Shown in pieces: positions 55,588 to 60,987 of a DNA stretch of 60,987 bases (its first letter is position 1; every line of letters starts with the position of its first letter). The notes under the pieces were generated by a model. It was not told where the DNA came from. It saw only the letters and a program-made list of their open reading frames with translations, and ran no database searches. The position numbers were made by a program, and so were the translations under genes. Origin of the DNA: an uncultured Bacilli bacterium (GTDB lineage Bacteria; Bacillota_I; Bacilli_A; RF39; UBA660). The DNA lies in assembly GCA_934162325.1 (NCBI GenBank), contig CAKPIH010000002.1, positions 1 through 60,987 of the forward strand. The letters are read 5' to 3'.

Positions 55588-58018
55588 AATTAAACCATTG
55601 AATGTACAATTTGTTAAGGATTATATTGATTTTTTGAGGGGAGATATGTCAAAAATAGGGGGATTATTAAATTATGCTTTCTATTTGTTAATAAAGAAAA
55701 AAGATGAACTTAGTTTAAATTTTGCTTATAGCATTATAATAAATTATACTTTAAAATTTAAGGATTATAGTCCATTAATAGAATTTTCAATTATTTTTGG
55801 TTATTCTCCTATATTAAATATAATATATAACAAAATAGGAATTAGTACTAATAAAGAAATAGAAAATTTTATTGCTAATTACTACATAGAAAATAATAAA
55901 TATAATGATAAAATACTTACATCTGGTCAAAAAATTATTTATAGAATGATAGAAACAAATAATGATTATTCAATTATTGCACCAACATCTTTTGGGAAAA
56001 CAGATTTAATGTTAGAAAGTTCGCTAAAATCTAAAGGCGACTGCATAATAATAGTTCCACTTACGGCTTTATTAACACAAGTAAAGCAAGATTTATCTAT
56101 TTTGGCAAAGAAAGAAAAAACAAATGTAAAGTTGATAACTCACCATGAAATAAAAAGAAGTAATAATTATAAAAATATTTATATATTGACTCAAGAAAGA
56201 TGCTTTGAATTAATAAAAAAAAATAAATTTGAAAATATAACAGATTTATTTATAGATGAAGCTCATAAGCTTTTAGGAAAAGGTGAACGTAGTTATAAAT
56301 TATCCCAAATTATTTTTCTATTAAAAATAAAATTTAATTGTTGTATTAAATATTATTCACCTGTATTATATGATCCTAGTTCTGTTCAAATTAAGGGTGT
56401 ACATAAAAAAGAGTTACAATTGGTAAACGGTATTAGGGATATGAAATGTTATCATTATTATTTTTTTCATAATAATTGTAAAGAAATTTATATTCCAAAC
56501 ACTAATAGAATGACTAGTGACTATATATTAGATACTCATTATTTGGATTTTGATGAATATATATTAAGAAATTCAAAATCAAAAAATATAGTTTTTTTAA
56601 ACTCACCAAAAGATGTTGAACGCATAGCATTAAAATTTTCTGAAAATATAGATTTAAAAATTAATATAGACTGTACTGATTTAATAGATTTTATTGGTGA
56701 AGATTATTATATAGTGGACATTATACAAAAAGGAATAATTTATATTCATGGCGAAATGCCAGATATAATTAAGTCGTTTTTACTAGATGTATATAGAAGT
56801 AATAAAGATATAAAATATTTATTTACAAATTCTAGTGTCCTGGAAGGAGTAAATACGCCTAGTGATGCATTATTCATATATGATTACAATATAGGTGTAG
56901 GAATGATGAAACCACAAGATTTTATAAATTTACGAGGAAGAATTAACAGAATTAATGAAATTGTGAAGACAGGCAATTTAGAAAAAATTATTTGTGAAAC
57001 ACATTTTAATTGTCAATCAGATTACAAGAAACAAAAAATAAGAAATAAAGTAATAGATCCTTGTTACGGTGTTTATCATGAAGATGAGATAGAAAATGAG
57101 TATTTAATTGGATATTCAAAAGATGATAAAAGTTCAGAATATATTTCCAGCTTGGAACAAATCAAATTAATCGATGATAATATTGACATTAAATCTGTTT
57201 TTGATGAGGATATAACATCAAGTTGTAGTGATATATTAAATAAATGTTTATTAAATAATATTGTATTAAATGAACAGCAAAAAGAATCATTGGATGTTAG
57301 AATATCAAGATTTTATGGAAAAAGAATAAATAGTATTAACGATTTATTATCTGCAATAAATACCATTTTTAAATTGGAAAAATCAGATGATATATCTATT
57401 TCACGTTTATCTAATAATACGGCAAGAAATTTTTATTCTGTATTAATGCAATGGATTATTGAAGGGAAAACAGTTAAAGAGAAAGCTTTAAGAATTACAA
57501 GATATTATAATCAAAAGTCAGATGGAGAATTAATTTATGTTGGTAAACGTGGGGAGATATGTGCAGAATTAATTGGTGAAAAATTGGTTATATGTAATTC
57601 GGGTTATAGCTTTCTTAGGGTTGATAAATCAGGGCGACCTATTAGATTAAAGAGATTATGGATAATTAATAATCATAATATAAAGAAGTTATATAATATA
57701 TGTGTTATAAAAGTTAAAGTAGAAGAAGATTTTATTTCATATAAGTTAATACCGTTTATTGAAGCAATAAATGATATTGATAATACAATCATTGATGAAA
57801 AATTATATAATTTAATAAAATATAAATCAAATGATTTATTTGAAATTGAACTAATTAAAGAAGGTTTTTCTATTTATCTTGCTAGAGCTTTAAATGATGT
57901 TAATTATAAAAAATATATTAAATTTACAGATTTAGGTGTGATAATAGATGATGAAATTTTAAAATATTTTGTGGATAATAAAATAATTTATGAAGAATTA
58001 AAAAAGTTTTTGTTATGA
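55568..58018 (+). CDS. hamB: HamB-like SF2 DExH helicase
   Basis: 816 aa with motif I APTSFGKT, motif II FIDEAHKL, motif V TNSSVLEGVNTP and motif VI LRGRINR, plus a long C-terminal extension. 20-nt overlap with the hamA-like gene. Confidence 0.6.
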   Translation: MVIQMNEIKPLNVQFVKDYIDFLRGDMSKIGGLLNYAFYLLIKKKDELSLNFAYSIIINYTLKFKDYSPLIEFSIIFGYSPILNIIYNKIGISTNKEIENFIANYYIENNKYNDKILTSGQKIIYRMIETNNDYSIIAPTSFGKTDLMLESSLKSKGDCIIIVPLTALLTQVKQDLSILAKKEKTNVKLITHHEIKRSNNYKNIYILTQERCFELIKKNKFENITDLFIDEAHKLLGKGERSYKLSQIIFLLKIKFNCCIKYYSPVLYDPSSVQIKGVHKKELQLVNGIRDMKCYHYYFFHNNCKEIYIPNTNRMTSDYILDTHYLDFDEYILRNSKSKNIVFLNSPKDVERIALKFSENIDLKINIDCTDLIDFIGEDYYIVDIIQKGIIYIHGEMPDIIKSFLLDVYRSNKDIKYLFTNSSVLEGVNTPSDALFIYDYNIGVGMMKPQDFINLRGRINRINEIVKTGNLEKIICETHFNCQSDYKKQKIRNKVIDPCYGVYHEDEIENEYLIGYSKDDKSSEYISSLEQIKLIDDNIDIKSVFDEDITSSCSDILNKCLLNNIVLNEQQKESLDVRISRFYGKRINSINDLLSAINTIFKLEKSDDISISRLSNNTARNFYSVLMQWIIEGKTVKEKALRITRYYNQKSDGELIYVGKRGEICAELIGEKLVICNSGYSFLRVDKSGRPIRLKRLWIINNHNIKKLYNICVIKVKVEEDFISYKLIPFIEAINDIDNTIIDEKLYNLIKYKSNDLFEIELIKEGFSIYLARALNDVNYKKYIKFTDLGVIIDDEILKYFVDNKIIYEELKKFLL

Positions 58019-58045
58019 TTTATTGAAAAAAATAATTCGCTACTA

Positions 58046-58099
58046 TTGCAAATTGTAAAAAAAAATTGTATAATAAATTTAATTGCAAGTATTGCAATT
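58046..58099 (+). promoter_or_regulatory. promoter of the methyltransferase gene with downstream inverted repeat
   Basis: TTGCAA (58046-58051), 17 nt, TATAAT (58069-58074). Inverted repeat AATTGCA-agtat-TGCAATT at 58081-58099. Confidence 0.5.
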
Positions 58100-58143
58100 T
58101 GAAGTAATTATTGTTATACTTGAATAGTAGTGGGTGATAAATA

Positions 58144-59373
58144 ATGAGTAAGAAGAAAAAATATAGAGTAATTTCATTGTTTTCAGGTGCTGGCGGCATG
58201 GATTTAGGCTTTATAAATGCTGGATTCGATATTGTTTGGGCAAATGATTTTTTTAAAGAAGCAGTAGAATCATATAAGAAAAATGTTGATGAGCGAATTG
58301 TGTATGGAGATATTACCAAAATTGATAGTAGTGAAATGCCTGATGAAATAGATTTAGTAATCGGTGGGTTCCCTTGTCAAGGTTTTTCTGTTGCCAACAC
58401 TAAAAGAAGTATGAAAGATGAAAGAAACTTTTTATATAAAGAGATGTTACGTGTTATACGAGATAAAAAGCCGAAATTTTTTGTAGCAGAAAATGTTAAG
58501 GGAATTCTGTCTATGAAAAAGGGTAAAGTAATTGAAATGATAAAAAAAGATTTTAGATCTTTGGGTTATGAAGTGGATGCAAGGTTGTTAAATGCTGCAG
58601 AATATGGTGTCCCTCAAGCTAGAGAAAGGGTAGTCATAATAGGAAATAGAATTGGGGTGAACAATCCGTATCCGAAACCGACTCATTGGGTTGATAGTAA
58701 AACATATGAAACTAAAAAGGGATTGAAAGCGCCAGTAACTGTTGAACAAACAATAGGATTTTTAAGCGATGTTAGACTTAGTGATAATCCCATAACATTA
58801 GAAGATGGTACAATAATATATAATCATATGGCTGCAACTAATGTATATGATAAGTTTTGGGGTAGAAAATATAAAGTAAAACAATCTGCAATATGTGATT
58901 ATTTAAAAAAATGGCGTGATAAAGCAGGATATACAACAAAAAAAGTAGATGACCATTTTGGATATAAATATACTGCTGGACATTGGTTTAGAAAAGATAA
59001 CAATTCTGGTAGTATCCCAAAACCATCAGATTGGTGGGAGTTAAAAAAAATATTAGGATTTGATGATAAATATGATGAAAAGGTCACTACAATGGTTGAA
59101 AAAGAAATTAAATTTGAACAGTCATTAAGAATTACTAATTGGGATAGACCAAGTGATACTATTACAGCGACAGGTCCTGAAATTCATGTTAATAAAGAAA
59201 GAAGACTAAGTGCAAGAGAGTGTGCTATGCTTCAAACTTTTCCGATGGATTATCAATTTGTAGGGAGTCTAAATGTCGTTTATAAGCAAATAGGTAATGC
59301 GGTTCCTGTTAAATTGGCTGAACAGATAGCTAAAGAAATTTATGATGTATTAGAAAAAGAAGAATCAAATTGA
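58144..59373 (+). CDS. DNA (cytosine-5) methyltransferase
   Basis: Motif I FSGAGG, IV GFPCQGFS, VI ENVKG, VIII QARERV, IX RECAMLQTFP and X GNAVPV, with a long variable region. Confidence 0.9.
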   Translation: MSKKKKYRVISLFSGAGGMDLGFINAGFDIVWANDFFKEAVESYKKNVDERIVYGDITKIDSSEMPDEIDLVIGGFPCQGFSVANTKRSMKDERNFLYKEMLRVIRDKKPKFFVAENVKGILSMKKGKVIEMIKKDFRSLGYEVDARLLNAAEYGVPQARERVVIIGNRIGVNNPYPKPTHWVDSKTYETKKGLKAPVTVEQTIGFLSDVRLSDNPITLEDGTIIYNHMAATNVYDKFWGRKYKVKQSAICDYLKKWRDKAGYTTKKVDDHFGYKYTAGHWFRKDNNSGSIPKPSDWWELKKILGFDDKYDEKVTTMVEKEIKFEQSLRITNWDRPSDTITATGPEIHVNKERRLSARECAMLQTFPMDYQFVGSLNVVYKQIGNAVPVKLAEQIAKEIYDVLEKEESN

Positions 59374-59387
59374 TGAGATTCTTCTTT
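59356..59387. terminator. shared hairpin between convergent MTase and REase genes
   Basis: AAAGAAGAATC / GATTCTTCTTT 11-bp stem spanning both stop codons. Confidence 0.55.
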
Positions 59388-60401
59388 TTAAATTTTATTA
59401 AGCATTTCGTAGTATTCTTTTAAACCTTCCCATTTGTTTCCATTTGAGTCATATCTATCTTTTAAATAATTAGAATTATATCTAGATGAGTCACCACATC
59501 TAACAGCACAAAGATAATATTTTTTATTGCTACTTCCTTTTAACTGGTATAACCATATTACATCCTTATCTGGATCATAATAACCAACTTTAGATAAGAC
59601 CTTACCTTTAATCCAATTTTCTGGGATTATTATATTATTTTCAATAATTTCGTATTTTTGAGTATCTGATGTATTATCAAATATATTGCTATTTCCAATT
59701 AGTTTTTCTTTAAAGTATTCACCATCTAATTGCGTGTAATATTTGTATGTTTTAAAATTTGATAACAAATCAAAATCAAATAATTCGCTTAAAATACCAT
59801 TTGGAATACATGTTAGTGTCAATGTAGGATTATTTTTATCATTACTTATTTCAAAGTCATAGCCATCATCACTATATATAATTTTTATTAAAAATGTTAA
59901 ATTGATTTTTCCTGAATATTCGTCAATTGGTTTTAAATTAGCCATTGCTTCTAATCCCTTAAAATTTCCATTAGCACCAATTCTCTTGTTGTTAAACGAT
60001 GATTGGTTATGCTCTAATTGAGTGTTATATATATCACTTCTATTACTATTTATGTCGTCGGTTTTTACATCGATATTTAAAACTGCATCTTCTGTTTCAA
60101 CTGCTAAATCGCAACTGACTGGAGATGGAAAAAATGAACAACCCTCATCTGTATTAAATAAGGTTTTATATATATGATATCTTACTAATCTTTCTGCCGG
60201 AATTTTAATTTTATTTTTTACATTCCATATTTTTGCAAGTAATCTATAGTTGGTTTTTGTTTCTCTTTCTATATTTTTTAGATCGGCTAAGAAATCTTTA
60301 GAAGTGATTATTTCTTCTAATTTATTAAAATATTTTTTTTCCATTTCTAATATTTTCTTTTGATTTGGATTTGGAGTTAAATCATTTCTTTGTTTTGACA
60401 T
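59388..60401 (-). CDS. probable type II restriction endonuclease partner of the C5-MTase
   Basis: Start at MSKQRNDL behind GAGGTG. Convergent with and abutting the MTase. Candidate PD..(D/E)xK block CDLAVETEDAVLNIDVKT. No family recognised by eye. Confidence 0.5.
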   Translation of the reverse strand: MSKQRNDLTPNPNQKKILEMEKKYFNKLEEIITSKDFLADLKNIERETKTNYRLLAKIWNVKNKIKIPAERLVRYHIYKTLFNTDEGCSFFPSPVSCDLAVETEDAVLNIDVKTDDINSNRSDIYNTQLEHNQSSFNNKRIGANGNFKGLEAMANLKPIDEYSGKINLTFLIKIIYSDDGYDFEISNDKNNPTLTLTCIPNGILSELFDFDLLSNFKTYKYYTQLDGEYFKEKLIGNSNIFDNTSDTQKYEIIENNIIIPENWIKGKVLSKVGYYDPDKDVIWLYQLKGSSNKKYYLCAVRCGDSSRYNSNYLKDRYDSNGNKWEGLKEYYEMLNKI

Positions 60402-60679
60402 AAGTTTACACCTCACATTCATTATAACATGAAATTAAAAAAATTCCAAATTTGGTAAAAAAATATGTGCAAAAGTTTATCCGTATTTATCAATATCTTA
60501 ATATTTACTAAAGTGTCCATTCGTATAAATGCGGTATTTATATGATTTTATAGAGATTTTATACAACATTTATTACTTATTGACTTTCGACAATCACGTG
60601 ATAAAATATAGTAGAATATGCTGAATCGTTGGAGAGACTAGATAAATACAAGAATAAAAATCAATTATCAGTAGAATAG

Positions 60680-60987
60680 TTTGTTGTTTATGATGGAGAA
60701 ATAGATTTTATAAAATTAATAAAAACAAATAAAAGAAATCATTCAAGCCAAAGACAATTAGATATAATAAAAGAAATACTACCACAACTAAAAAGTAATG
60801 ATATAGGAATAATAGCATCATATAATAATCAAGTAGATTTAATAAAACAAAATATCCAAGATATAGAAGTAAGTACAGTTCATAAGTTTCAAGGTAGAGA
60901 AAAAGATGCCATAATAATATCAACAGTAGATGATGAAATATCAGACTTTGTAGCGGACTCTAATATCTTAAATGTAGCTATATCTAG
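60680..60987 (+). pseudogene. 5'-truncated SF1 (Upf1/DNA2-like, AAA_12) helicase C-terminal fragment, runs off the window
   Basis: The open frame starts right after a TAG with no start codon. It encodes IGIIASYNNQVDLI, VHKFQGREKDAIIIST and NVAISR (helicase motifs V-VI). Upstream 60423-60679 is stop-rich in all frames. Confidence 0.55.

Noticed and set aside
58020-58319. 99-aa minus-strand ORF across the MTase promoter and 5' end
   Set aside because: It is antisense to the motif I region of a clearly real C5-MTase and has a low-complexity translation.
60708-60923. 71-aa minus-strand ORF
   Set aside because: It is antisense to the helicase motif V-VI fragment, which has far better coding evidence.
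1-60987. Alternative genetic code (TGA as Trp, as in Mollicutes relatives of some AT-rich Bacillota)
   Set aside because: Several well-supported genes terminate at TGA exactly where their homologues end (for example the hamA-like gene and transglutaminase-like paralog 1). Trp is encoded by TGG throughout.

Overview
AT-rich (by eye under about 30% GC) Bacillota chromosome segment. No rRNA, tRNA, CRISPR array, transposase or integrase was found. The housekeeping backbone lies almost entirely on the + strand: tsaE-tsaB-rimI-tsaD, pcrA, cadC-cadA, rlmN-prpC-prkC-rsgA-rpe, sigK (intact, so probably a spore former), yqeG-yqeH, mrnC-rlmB-sigH-like and uvrA.

Accessory islets sit between these blocks:
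1. An Abi_2 abortive-infection gene at the left edge.
2. An orphan holin plus amidase cassette.
3. A compact operon at 7.5-10.4 kb, my top candidate for an undescribed system (RiPP or peptide-adenylate type). It has a consensus promoter, a 21-codon ORF, a 13-bp stem-loop, an E1/ThiF (MccB/PaaA-like) enzyme with an N-terminal winged-helix extension, and a translationally coupled ABC-F ATPase.
4. A HIT plus NUDIX cassette bracketed exactly by 48-bp direct repeats.
5. A 37-44.7 kb block with two paralogous membrane transglutaminase-like proteins, an M3-like metallopeptidase, an orphan HerA-like ATPase, and an XRE regulator next to Zn-ribbon membrane proteins.
6. A 48-61 kb defence-type island with DUF3800, an ABC-F remnant, MazG-like plus GIY-YIG/DUF2075 helicase, a Hachiman-like HamA/HamB pair, a type II C5-methyltransferase/endonuclease pair and a 5'-truncated SF1 helicase.

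A dispersed family of intergenic hairpin repeats (at least 11 copies) has covarying stems and conserved AGAC..GGCT caps.

All family assignments come from motif recognition by eye. No searches were run.
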